A stretch of DNA of 57,579 bases, counting the filler, from Sphacelaria rigidula (Eukaryota), in the NCBI GenBank assembly GCA_964200075.2. It is 4 parts of 4 records of this genome, joined end to end, with 100 filler letters (N's around TTAATTAATTAA, not from the genome) between each part and the next. Parts side by side here need not be neighbours in the genome. Positions count along the whole stretch, not along the records: positions 1 to 14,323 come from CAXNAA020002316.1; positions 14,424 to 28,743 come from CAXNAA020002317.1; 2 more parts are not named here. One strand, 5' to 3'. Position 1 is the stretch's first letter. Every line of letters starts with the position of its first letter. The position numbers and the translations under genes were made by a program. The notes beneath the pieces were generated by a model. The model did not search any database. It was given only the letters and a program-made list of their open reading frames with translations, and was not told the origin of the DNA. Shown here piece by piece: positions 12,440 to 25,600 of the stretch.

Positions 12440-14323
12440 TCGCACTTGCTCTCTCGTCTCGATACATGTGCAGTATGTGTACATCCGATCGATATCGATC
12501 TACGCAACTACTTGTTTTGCCAAAAGCAAGGAGAAGGACATAGAACGGCGTTTTCTGAGCGGCATGCCGAACCAACAAATGTGTGTTCACATGGGCGCAT
12601 ATCGCGACTCGTTATATTCTGTCCCTTCTGTTTCTCCAACGCTAAAGTACCCCTGATCCTTTTTTTTGTCTACATTGTGGTGGTTGAAAGCAGGTAGGGG
12701 AAAGAGCGCTGGAACAAACAACACGCGAGAAGGAAAAAATAGATGAATTGGTTATTTACGGTGCATCGATACGATGTGTGCGGTTCCCGGGTCAAGACGT
12801 GCATTCAAGTGTGTGCACACTACATGGTGAAGAATCGGCGACCATGACGTGAACCGCATTGGGTGAATTGAAAGTTGCTGTTTTTGAATTTTGCTGCATT
12901 TTGTGTGTGGGCGTATGGATGCTCTATTGCTGGAAAAATACCGACTGTATCATCTGTGTAACAGATCGTGATTTTTATACTTTTCGACTTCTCGTTTGTG
13001 GTTATTTTTGTTATAAATAGCGACGTCGGTTTTTTTCTTCCTCGTAAATAGTGTGAACGCAAGAGACATGCGCACAGTACTTCAGGTGCGTTTTGTGTGT
13101 GTGTGTGTTGTTTTGGGCGGGGTCCCGACGCGTTTGCCGCTGGGTTGGGAAGAATCAGTCAGCCACAAAATCCCGCCCAAGCTGCAGTCTGGTGTCGGGA
13201 GTAGAATATGATATGAGATGCTGTGCATGCATAAAGGCCTGCGAAGCAGGCCAAGAGTTGCGCTAAATTTGCGTGTTCGCTTTCGCCACCCACCACATAC
13301 GCAAATTTAGCGCAACTTCTTTTTGAACATTGCATCGCATTGCGTGGGTGGGTGGGTGGGTGGAAGGTATAAACTGTCAACCCCGATTGGTGTCGACAAT
13401 AGTTCCACGGTGCTGCTTGAGTTACACAATAAGGTTCGCGAGATCGTTCCATTGAAGAAGAGACAGGCACAAACACAGACATTTTGTAGGTCAGTAAAAT
13501 CAACCATACCGGGAGAAGAAAATTGCGGTGAGCAGATGTCGCCCACGTGCAGCAGTAGATGCCCAAATCCATGGTTGTAGAATTCGGATCTTTTCAGGAC
13601 CCACGGTCCCAAGGGCAACAACGCCTAACATATCCTCAGCACGCGGTTTGAGCTTTGCCAACGCACACTTTGCTCAAGTAGGGCACTGTAGGCATCCTAT
13701 CCCCGTCGCCCAAGGGCTCTTGGTCTGGGTGAGAGGGTTAGTGTTATCATGATTCGACAAGAACAGAGTAATGTGGTGGACCATGGATTAGTTGGGGAGC
13801 TGGATCGAGGAGATTCCCCGTCCCAGCGTGGGGGGGGGTGTTTTCGGAGTGCTGTGACCGTCCAATGCTAGGGATGAACACTCGTCGATCCTCGAGATCA
13901 TTTCGTGGTTATATTCTTGACCGTGTATACGGTGGATGAGGTTGTTTTGCGTCTCTGGATTTGTTGTGGCTCGCCTGGTGGCTGGCTACAGTTGGGTAAA
14001 TTTGTAGCACGCGCACTTACTTGATGTTGTATACATTTTGTGGTGTTTTGTCTGTCTGGGTACAGAACAGCTGTGCTGTATCTTCACACGAGTTCTTTTT
14101 TATATATTTACATCTTCATTTAGTTTTCGTTTTTTGAAGTTTTTTGTTTTGTTTTGTTCCCATTCATCTCTATTTTGATATTTCTTTTTCGTTGGAGTAC
14201 CTTGATACGTTATTTTGAAGTTTTCTGTTTTCACTGTTTTTTTTCTGCGGGGGGGGGGGGGGGGGGGGGAGGTTTTTTGGGGGGGGGGGTCTCTTGTGAG
14301 GGGGGAAAAAAAGGGGTTTTTTT

Positions 14324-14423
14324 NNNNNNNNNNNNNNNNNNNNNNNNNNNNNNNNNNNNNNNNNNNNTTAATTAATTAANNNNNNNNNNNNNNNNNNNNN
14401 NNNNNNNNNNNNNNNNNNNNNNN
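14324..14423. other. Artificial contig-join spacer (N44-TTAATTAATTAA-N44); also at 28744-28843 and 43163-43262
   Basis: The same 100-nt structure occurs three times, with stop codons in all six frames. Confidence 0.97.
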
Positions 14424-14589
14424 CTCTGCTAAACTGCTGTCTCCGCAACAGTAGTCGGTCTGTTTCGAGAACAGTACCAAACGCCACGAGCCACCAATAT
14501 TTCCAACAGAGACTTTCTTGTCATGCGGGGTGAAAAAATATTCCTATGGTGGTGACCTAGCTGTTGTTGCTGGCGTGGCGCATGGGGGT

Positions 14590-15920
14590 GCCCCCATGCT
14601 GTAATCTGGACCACCCACCCACCCGCTGCGTTTGTCGCGGTAGCTTTCGAGAACTCCTATGTGAGCGGGTCATTCATTACAATCTGGGGTGGGATATATG
14701 TTTCGCGAGGAACAAGAGTGCTCTATATATAATCGACCACTTGTCGTTGCATTTGACACCCACGCCATCTACCGCCCACCGCAAAGGTCTTGTGGCTTTC
14801 ACGCAACGCTGGCGACAGCACGCCAGACAAACTCGGTCACAGCTAGCTTTCGTTGCTCTTCTGTACTGACTATCGCCCGTACAATCACCGTAACAATACC
14901 GAAATTGACAAGGGTTGTAAAATGAAAGATATCGTTTCTCTCGACGCATTGCACACAATGTAAAGGACTCTCAAAAGCTGCGGGAAAGTGGCCGCTATGG
15001 GTTCGGTCAAACGTGCGAAGGGCACTTTCTACGATACCCCCCCCCCCAAAGGTACATGGTTTTGGGAGGCAAAATCGTCACGTGAATCGAAATGGGAAAA
15101 GCCGAGCACAACGAGCAGCTGGGAATTCTCACGCCTGGGTTCCTTCTCGCCAATGTTGCCAATATGAGGCGCTTCATGCCGCATGAACCCAAACATCAGG
15201 CGCTGTATGGTCATTTTTCACGTGACACTTTTGGGCTGGTTTTCGGGGGGGGGGGGCTATCGTAGAAAGTGTCGAAGATACTGTCGAACAGTAATACCAA
15301 ACTATGCTGGGATGGGCATAAATCGATCAGAATAGAACCGAACTGCACTGAACAGGTTTGTGTTCTAAATAAAAAACTATGCATATGGAACGATTTGAAG
15401 TGTGGAAAGGTGGAAAAACGCGGATTTTCATACGGAGAAATTCTCTGTGCCCCCGTCAGTGCTACATGAGCTTGCAAAAGCTCTGTCGTCGTCTCTTCAA
15501 TACCTGGCGGGGGGGCGGGGAAGCTACCCTCTCCGCAGCTCTTGAGAGTCCTTTACATTGTGTGCAATGCGTCGAAAAAAACGATATGTTTAATTCTACA
15601 ACCCTTGTCAATTTCGGTGTTGTTACGGTGATCGTACAGGCGATAGTCAGTACAGAAGAGCAACGAAAGCTAGCTGTGACCGGCTTTGTCTGGCGTGCTG
15701 CCTCCAGCGTTGCGTGAAAGCCACAAGATCTTTGCGGTGGGCGGTAGATGGCGTGGGTCTCAAATGCAACGACAAGTGGTCGATTACAGAGCACTCTCGT
15801 CCCAGCTTGTAATGTATGATCTCCTCACATCGGAATAGTTCTGGAAAGCTCCTCGTATTGTACCGAGGTGTTCACGCGACCAGCGTGTGCTTCAGATTGC
15901 AGCATGGACGGACTCCCGGC
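14590..15920. repeat. Foldback of the same family, arms ~14590-14995 and ~15520-15920
   Basis: 14785 ggtcttgtggctttcacgcaacgctgg pairs with ~15703-15730 ccagcgttgcgtgaaagccacaagatc; 14961 taaaggactctcaaaagctgcgg pairs with ~15532-15554 ccgcagctcttgagagtccttta. A direct repeat also links ~15040-15272 and ~16105-16340. Confidence 0.85.
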
Positions 15921-16671
15921 CAAATCCTTGTCTGAACAACAAGAGAGAAAACTACGCCTCGCTTTGGAGATTATCGGCAGCAGGGCACGACAACGTTCTT
16001 CTTGGAACACTTTGTGCGATTGCCCCCCCCCCCCCTCCCCCCAACGCGAGGTACACAACGCAAGGTCAATGGTCGTATGACTATGGCATGCATGATCATG
16101 AGTACACCCCCCCCAAAAGTGCCTGGTGTGGGGACGTAAAATCCTCACTTGAATCGAAACAGGAAAAGCCGAGCACAACGAGCAGCTGGGAATTCCCACG
16201 CTTGGATTCGTTCTCGCCAACGTCGCCCATATGACGCGCTTCATGCAGCCTGAACTCAAACATCAGGCGCTGTAAGACCCTTTATACGTCACACGTTTGG
16301 GCTGGTGTGTGTGTGGGGGGGGGCTATCGTAGAAAGTGTCTTCGGAACCCGTAACTTTACTGCCTCAACCCTAGCGAAGCCTAGATCACAGTGGTGTCGA
16401 CGAAGATATCTGAACCCGCGCGTGCAGAGCACATTGACGTACGCGTGCGGAGCACATTAACTTAACAGTGGCGACACCATCCGAAACAAGGAGCCAAGGA
16501 ACGCTACAGCAGGTGAAAACGTATTGGTCAAACGCATAGTTATTCGAGTTGAGAGGGTTGTAGGGGTCATGTGTTTGGGACAACGCGAAATTATTATCCT
16601 CAGCGTACATTACATGCCACCTGCATGGCTAGTCAAACAGCGAAACGCAAAATTAGCCTCTTCAGCGTACA

Positions 16672-19240
16672 TGAAACAGTGGATACTGGAAAATGAGGTT
16701 GATCTCTAAAATGAAGTTCAAGTGACATATCTTTTCTGCAGGGATGACGCGAAACAGTTACACACAGCGAAACCATCTTTTCCCCCAAAAATCTGCAGCA
16801 GGGAAGCAGTTGTGGCTAGGTGCAACGAACGAATGCGGTGTACACGCGTGTCGATGACGGTATCACCAGAGAGAGAAGCAACGACAGGGAGGAAGCTCCT
16901 CGCCCGTGTCCTTTGTGTGTCCTCGCTCGGTGATTGCCACACGCTCGAGAAACTGGCATCATCGGCGTTACCAGCATGTTCCCTACATCTCATGTGCCGG
17001 TAGGCATGTCATTATATTGCTGTGCACAACCCCCTAATCAACATTGAGCTGCGGAGGGATATCGCCTCTTCTTGTCTGTGGAGCTCACCAATGCGAAGAT
17101 CGATTTCTCTCTGTCTCTTGTTTTGGAAAGAACGCGCCTCTTTGCGCTGAAAAACCTGTGGTTGAAAAACAGGGCAATGTTCCCGTCACCGCTACTGTTC
17201 TCTGTCACACACATGCCAGCAAGGACGATGCTGCGGCAATAAGAGGTCCAATTTGAACTTGAGGGGTGTTATTCATTGTCGATTTACCCGACATGTGACC
17301 ATCTGGGTGTCCGACGACAAGAGCGTGCGACACTCCAGTTGGGGGGGGGTGTATGAGAGACAAAACACTTGTGGCGACCTTCTTGACATGCGGAGTGAAA
17401 GAAGATACCTATGGCGGTGACCTAACTGTTGCTAACGTGGTGCAGAGGGGTGCATCAATGCTGCAATCTGGAGCACATACTGGCTGCGTGAACACCTTGC
17501 TACAGTAGCTTCCAAGAATTGATTCCGATGAGAGGAGGTAATGCATTACAAGCTTGGGCGAGGTATATGAACCCACGAGAAACAATATTGCTCCATAATC
17601 AACCAAATGTCGTTGCATTTGACATCCACGCCATTAACTGCCGACCGCAAAGGTCTTGTGGCTTTCACGCAACGCTGTCGGCAGTACGGCAGGCAAACCC
17701 GACCATAGCTAGCTTTCATTGCTCTACTGTACTGACTGCCGTGCCGTATGAACAGAGGTCGCCCACCGTAATAACATGTACCGAATTTTGCAACAGCTGT
17801 AGAAACAAAAGAGTTCGATTTTCTCAACTAAGTCCACATGATTGGAAGGACTCTTGTGACCTGAGGCATAGTGGCCACTTTGGGTTCGGCCAAACGTGCA
17901 AAGATACTGTCGAACAGCAACACCAAACTTTACTGGCATTGACATACGGCAATCAGTACAGAACTGAAGAGAACTCGACAGGTCAACGTTCTTACTAGAA
18001 AGCAACGGGCATGAAACGGTATGCAGGCGAGAAAACGCGGATTTTCATAGAGGAGAATCTCTCTGTTCCCCCGCGAGTGTTACGTGCGCTTGCAAAAACT
18101 CTCTCGTCGTTCTTTCACACCTGGCGGGGGGACGGGGAAGCCACAGTTCCTCATGTATTGGAGTGGATGAAGTTGAGAAAAATCAACTGTTTAGCTTTCA
18201 TACCCGTTGCGAACTTCGGTCGGGAGTAAGTACAGTAGAGAAACGAAAGCTAGCTATGATCGGGTGTGCCTGCCGTACTGCCGACAGCGTTGCGTGAAAG
18301 CCACAAGACCTGTTGCTGTCGGCGGTTGATGGCGTGGGTCTCAAATGCAACAAGAAACGGTTGATCGTAGAACACTCTAGGCCCAGCTTGTAGTGCATGA
18401 TCTTCTCACATCGAAATAGTTCTGGAAAGCTACTCATAGTACCGAGGTGTTCACGCGACCAGTGTGTGCTCCAGATTGCAGCATGGGCGGACTCCTATGC
18501 GTCACATTAGCAACAGTTAGGTCACCACCATACGTATCTTTTTTCACGCTGCATGTCAAAAAGGTCTCTACAAATGTTTGACATCTCATGCACCCCCCTC
18601 AACTGGCGTGTGGCACGCTGTTGTGGTCGGGCACCCAAAGGATCAGATGTGGGCAAAATCAACGAAGAATAACACCCCCCAAGTTGAAATTGAATCTCTT
18701 TGTTATGGCCGCACCACCGCCTTTGCTGGCATGTGTGTGACAGAGAACAGTAATAGCTATGACGGGAACATTGCCCTGTTTTTAACATGTTTTTCAGCGC
18801 ACAGAGGCGCGTCCTGTCCAAAAGGAGAGGCAGAGAGAAATCGGTCTTCGCATTCGTGAGCTCGACAGGCACTTGTGAGACGAGAGAAAATCTCTACGCA
18901 GCTCGATGTTTCGGCACATGGAAAATTGGGCACATGCTAGTAACATGCATGATGCCAGTCTCTCGAGAGTTTGGTAGTCGCCGAGCGAGGACACACAAAG
19001 GACCCGGGTGAGGAGCTCCCTCTCTGGCGTTGCTTCTCTTTCTGGTAATATCATCATTGACACGCGTGTACACCGCACTCGTTAGGTGTACTTAGCCACA
19101 GCTGCTTAACTGCTGCGGACATTTGGGGGGGAAGATGGCTTCCCTCGGTCGTAAGTGCTTCGCGCCATCTCTGCAACAAAGAAATGCCACTTGAACCTCA
19201 TTTTTGGGATGGATCCCCATTTTCCAGGATCCACTGTTAC
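16672..19240. repeat. Large diverged foldback, arms ~16672-17877 and ~18138-19240
   Basis: 16701 gatctctaaaatgaagttcaagtgacat has its reverse complement at ~19185-19210; 17408 cctatggcggtgacctaactgttgctaa at ~18505-18532; 17650 aggtcttgtggctttcacgcaacgctgtcggcagtacggcaggc at ~18267-18311. Confidence 0.85.
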
Positions 19241-19261
19241 TTGTTGTTCTGGTCAGCCGTT

Positions 19262-20600
19262 CGAGGATAGTTCAAATCGTTTCACCAAGCATTTCTGGAA
19301 TGTACATACAGCGATCGATATAGAACCGAACCGAAGTGGACCCGTTCATGCTCGAAATTGTTTTTTTCTCCTAGAAAGCGCTTCGCGATTGGGAAGTAAT
19401 GAGTTTCATTCCAAGAAAACTCTCGGGCCCCGACAATGTTTACTATCAATGGAGCTTGCAAAGACTGTAGCATCGTTTTTTTAATGCTTGGCGGGAGGGG
19501 GGGGGGATGCGCATGCTGGCTGCTTGCGAGAGCCGTTTTGAGTTAACCGATCAAGATTCTAATATGATCACTCTCCTCCCTCGTAAGGTTTGTACAATCG
19601 AATTGCTACAGGCAGCCAGTACATGCAGCAGCGAAATTGCAGAAATACTCCGGGCTGAACCGACTGCCAACCTCTGCCTATCGTTGCTCGAAAGCTGTTC
19701 TCAGGCAATACCTCCCTGGTCAGCGCTTAACGGCGCGGGTCAGGAATGCAATGGCAGGTGGTTGATCATAGGATACCCCTCTTCTTAATCACATCTCGCC
19801 TCAGCGTAGGATGACTCTCCTCATATAGTGTACCAAATGTTTTGCGACAGACACCCCCACGACACCCCCACCATGCATGCCACCGGGTGACAGCAGAGAA
19901 GCTGAATTACAGCGTCTCAGCCCTCATTTCGGTCACGCCAGAAAACGCTAAGTCGCCCACACGAGATATCTTTTTTTTCTCTGCATACCAAGAAGGTCTA
20001 CACAAGTGTTTGATCTCTCATACAACCATCCCCCCAACTGGGATGTGGCCGACTGCCTGTTGTCCTTGTTTTGCACACGTCGGGTGACATCAACGACTGC
20101 AATGACACCCCCCAGCTTCCGATTATTAGGTCTTGCCGTGAGGACTCAGCCGTCCTTGCTCGCATATGTGTGTGAGAGAAAAGTAGTGGTGACGGAAACA
20201 TTACTCTGCTTTTCGACGACGTGTTCTACTGCGCACAGAGGCATTTCCTGTCCAAGCAGAGAGGTAGAGAGAAATCGGTATTTACACTGGTCAGCGCCAT
20301 AGACAGGAGATGACAACCGGGGCACCCCGCGATCTTGTTTCCGCGGCTGCGCTTCAATAACCCGTCTGCCCACACATGGCAAGTTGGGTATGTGCTGGTA
20401 TTATAACATGATGCCAATCTCTGCGGCGATTGGTAATCGCCGAACGAGGACACACAAACACCAACGAGGAGCTTCCTCTCCCCCGCTGCTCCTCTGGTGA
20501 TATCGCCATCGGAACGCGTGTGCACGGCATTCTTTTGGTGTGCACCTAGCCACACCGGCGTAACTGCAACGGAAACTCTGCTTGCGAAGATGCCTTTCCG
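19262..20600. repeat. Further partial copies of the foldback modules (loop module ~19262-19505; arm module ~19965-20600)
   Basis: 19962-20600 is collinear with 18535-19140 (e.g. gcgcacagaggc, gagagaaatcgg, gaggacacacaa, gaggagct). 19262-19505 resembles 15275-15520 and 17900-18140. Confidence 0.7.
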
Positions 20601-22633
20601 TGGTGATAATGCTTGGCGTGAGTTCTCGATTTTTCGAATTGGGGTTAAACCCCATTTGAGTGTTCAACCTCAAAAATTACAATCGGCTGTTCGATCATGT
20701 CCCTCAGTGCCAATTACCAGTCCACCTTTCATCAGGATGCAAACACAATAGTACTACATGATATGATTACATAATCCTTGACGTTCCTGCAGTGTCAAAA
20801 CACCACGCCGTGTCCTCGAGCTATCAAGCAGCATCGTTATTGTTGAGCCAGGGCAAGCTTGTGACACGGATGAGGGGAAGATAACTTCATCTATCGTTCG
20901 ATACTCCTCAGGCTGAAAACGGAAACGAGTACCGCACTATCGTATCAGAATGATGGATGATAGGTGAGTGGCCTCGTGCCCCTTCACTCCACTACTGAAA
21001 CGCAGCATGCCCCATACACATTCATTAACCGACAAAAAATCAATTGACCGCTTGAAACACTAAGTTAAACCAACAAATCAAAGTCGACAGGTGTATACCG
21101 AACATGGAAGCATCACAACGACAACAGCAAGAACCATCCAAGATAGCGGCGGCTTCTCACAACATGTTGTTAAAACCGTTAAAAACATCGAAACGGTCGT
21201 CACCTTCACGCCAATCGTCCCCACAACTCAAAATACATTACCGCACGAAATGACAACCCATCGTTTTCAACATTGTCCTAATATTCATGAGGCTACAAGT
21301 GGATCATTCGAGGATCATGTATGGCAACATACACTAACAGGCACCGAGCCATCGTGCTGTGCACGTACATGGAACGCGAAACTACTTGCTCCTCGATGCG
21401 CTCACGACTAGGCGCACGTGACCACTGGGTGACATCTGCCGTGTACCTGCCCGCATTTGCCCGTCCCCGTCCTTCCCTTATCTCGCGCAGTCACCTCGTG
21501 AGGGTGGGCGTTTATATCGGCCTGCAAAACCCGCTGCTACATGAAAAGTTTTAACCGGTGACCGAAATTCGATACTCCATCATTCACGGAAACACAGCCA
21601 TAGCCATGGAAACGATAACGACTCCCCGCCCCGTTGATTGATTATCTCACATTAGCTGGTTGCAGCAATCCAGCCCGTGGTCAGGAGCAGAAGAGAAGAG
21701 AACATAATAATAAAAAGAAAAAAGAAATAAAGGAACGGAAAAAGATAGAAAACAACGGCCTCAGAAAGGATAGAAAGGGGACAGCGATAACAACAAAAAC
21801 ACCACCATCACCACCACCAACAACAACAACAAACAACAACAAGAAGAACCATGCACTGTATCTGTTCAGTGTTTGGTTTGCTCCTGTCCCAGAGAGTAGG
21901 AGCATATTTCGTCCGACAGACGAGCACTTACTTTTAAATATTACTCTTCACGCAACGTCGAGGCCGGCGCGATTCGAAGACCCCATTAGGGGCGGGCTGA
22001 AGATATTTCACACGCATCCTATACATTTGAGATGTATTCAACTATACACATTAGCTGTCGAACTTGACCATCATCACACGTCTAACGATAACTACACGCC
22101 TCGCTGTCAGCCCCGTGCGCAAGCTACGAAACGAACAAAACGCACACGATTCACACCACTTCATTCACAACTCGCCGTCCCTCGATACACCATATTTACA
22201 GTAGAAGTGACAGTAACATTTCGTAAAAAACAAATCCCCTCACGTGACGAAACCATATCGTAAAATCGGCAACAGCGAGTAGAAACGCCTTTCCCTTCGA
22301 GAATATCCGGACGGACATTCAAGTTACGCCGTGATTACCAATTTCCTGTACATCTTGGAAAGCGTAACCCTTCAAACCAGACTGGAACCAGAATTACAAC
22401 CATATTCCCCTTGCCAGTTTGTAAAGAAGGAACCACCGCGACCGATCACTTTATTTTGCAGAAGGTATCGACCTCCTATGCCTGCAGCCTTCCCACCTAT
22501 GATACGAACTCTTCACGTTTTCAGTTTTCCGTAGCGGGGATGCACGGAGAGTACCACTCGTTCCTCTCAACACATTCTGCCCCTTCATCGCAGCAAGTTG
22601 GTCCGTCCCACTGCTCGCGAACTCTTTAAATTT

Positions 22634-25600
22634 TCAGTTTGCCGTAGCGGGGATGCACTGAGAGTACCACTCGCTCCTCTCAACACATTCTGCCCCTTCA
22701 CCGCAGCAAGTCGGTCCGTCCCACTTCCCGCCGCCGCATTGTCCCCAGCCCTCGGAGCAGCTGTCCACGGAGGGACGGCACTGCAGAGCAAACAAAGGAG
22801 GGTATGGATGTGTGGAATGTGGGTTCGGTGGAGAGGGCGTTGAGTGAGAGATATCTATTAATTTTCGACGAGGTGATGAGGTGGTGATGGGTATACTAGG
22901 GAGCGACGCCTCGATTAAGCAGAAGAAATCGACGTGGAAAGCGGACAAACGAAAATCGAAAGCTGGAACTACTAGAGCTCTACGGTGGAGAAAAGGAAAG
23001 GATTAGGGGCATCCACGTACGCATAGAGCTATATGGTTTGTGAAAATAGGGCGTGCGGGCGAAGGGTGCCAAATCTCTCAGCTGTGGCACCGTGACCCTC
23101 TCCCCTCGCCCCTCCCATGTCTTGACCCTATCACGAAGGTACAACACATATTTGCCCCAAATACTATATTCACTCAGTTTGAAGGGCCCACGTAAGCCTC
23201 TCGTTAGCTGCGGGAGTGTTCCAATGCACACGAATAACTGGTTTGATGAGCTAATGTTTTTCCACGGTGGGATACGGACACGGTGTCCAGGTAACTCCGA
23301 AACTCAGCGACCTCAGTGGTATTTACTAATTACCCCATTGGTTCCACCTTTTCGGTTCACGACCAGCTGGCATCAAAGTGTCGAAAACGGTACTCGTATG
23401 AAATCTTGCTCCGACTTCAGGAACACACTGTTAAGACGTGACCGCCTCCCCTCCCGCGTGCACGCTAGGTTTGAGCGTATAGAAACATTATTTAAGGTGT
23501 GGTGTCGGAAGTGAAAGTTATAGTGCACCTTGACTCAAGAGAAAAAAGACAGGGCCACTGCAAACGTACACCCTCACAAAAAAACAACTAAAAATTAAAT
23601 CGAATACCCACCTCGGAGTAACAGTCGGCCAACGCCTCGCAAGTGTACCCCATAGCGCAACACCCCGTTCCCTCGTAATCCGTCCCGCCACACTGCCCGA
23701 AGTCGGGTTCAGCTTCGACGCCGTCACACTCAGGATCATAATTCTCTACCGGCTGAATTGGCGCAAACGTAGCCGGCATCAAGGTCGACGTTTCCGGTTT
23801 AGGTTCGTCGAAGGTTTCGGCCGTTTCGACGCTGGGAGCAGGGGTGGGCTCGGGCCTCTGCTTCTCGTCAGTATCATCTGTCGATAGCAGCGTGGTCTCG
23901 TCGTCATCACCATTGCCATCTGTATCATCCTCGGTGCTCTCAGTATCGGAAGAAGAGTAGTAGGACGGGGGATACTCCATTTCAATCGGCATACGTTCGG
24001 GTGCCGGAGTCGGTTCTGGCGCGGGCGGCTCCAGTTCAGGCGTCGAAGTCGGTGCGGGCTCGGGTGTGGGTCGAGGGGATCCACCGTCACCTGCGTTCCC
24101 GGGGGGTAATGGATATGGATATGGGTGGCAGAAAGATGGGGAGCAGGGCGAGTTGAGCGATCCTATGATAAAGAGGAGGTGCGTGCGCCAGGTGACCTAA
24201 CACATTCGCGGTGCGCTTTTATGTGCCGGTCAGTATTAATCCGTGTCTTGATTTGTACCGAAAGCATTCGAGCTGAAAATACTGCTTTCAACGACGATGT
24301 GAAGTAGCATTTCGTGCAAGAAGTGGCCCACAACATTACTTCCACCGTCAATCGTAGGAAAACTCAGTTCTGAGTTTGCATGGTGATCAGTGGGCGGGTG
24401 AGGTTTAGGCGCTAGAGTTAATTTGACAATTCGAAGCATGGAACGACAAGATTGACAGCAAATTGCATTTGAAAAGGTTGGCGGCTTTGTGTCGATGTTG
24501 GGGAGAGGGAAATCTCGGTGCAGATTTCGGCGCAACCATGCGATTGAGATGCTCATCGTTGATTGCCTCGCTTGAGAGATCTTACTCGTAACGCGCGGCG
24601 AAGCTACCGCATGCGCAACACGGGAAATCTAATGTCTGCGTGGTGGCGCGTTAGCCACGCGTCGAGAGACAAAAAGTGGACAGAAGACATCACGCATCCG
24701 GTACAAAAACGGCCCACGTACGTACCTCCAGAGGATATGGCGACGTCAGCGCAGTTCCAAAACTCCTCGGGGTACTTGTCTCCCAGTCCGCACATCCCGG
24801 GGTCCATGGTGATCCAGTCCCCCTTGTTAGGGGCACACTCGCTGGGCCACGAAGGAGGGTTGAACTCTTCGTACCCAGGGTGGAAGCACGAATTGCCGGT
24901 GTCTGCCAACCAAGAGAGCGGAAATAGAGAGGAGGTGTCAATAGCTGCTCCACGGGTTCTACCATGTGCACCGACACAATACACCGTGAAGATGTTGAAC
25001 GCACGGCGCTGCGTGTCGGGACGAGATATAAAAGCAAGGTATCATCTGTGAACCCCTTTCATATCATACAACGAATATACGCGGATCAATTTCCTACCAC
25101 AAATGGATGCGACAAAGTTGACGTCTACCGCCGGCAACCACAATAGTAACTTGTGAAGATAAGAAGGCTCCCAAAGCCCGTCGAGTGCAGTACAGTTGAA
25201 GAGCACAGTTCCCAACACGACCCAGCGCTTTCGCCACGAAAAATAACTCACAGTACACCATCTGGATAGTGCAACGCTCGCAAGTCAGACCCGCGGGTAG
25301 CTGGTACCGTGCTGTCACCACATCCCCCGAACCGGTTCCGGCAGGTTTGGTTTGGTCTGTCTCAGCGGCCCGGCACGGCGGGTCCACATAGTAACGACCT
25401 GGGTGGTTCGGGTCGATGGGACTAGCGTCGCCGTCGTCAGCTGCCCTGTCGAGTGGGTACTTGTTGAAGCAGCTCTGGGTCACGGGAGAATCGGGTCCTC
25501 CGGGGAGATCATCGGCGTTGCAGATGAAAAACTCAAGGTGGCCCTGTTGTCGTAGGGGCAGGGGAGGGGCGCGGTTAGAGAAGGCGGGAAAAACAGTTGA

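Noticed and set aside
14324-14423. TTAATTAATTAA palindrome between N runs (three occurrences)
   Set aside because: Artificial assembly spacer. Adjacency and distance across these joins should not be trusted.
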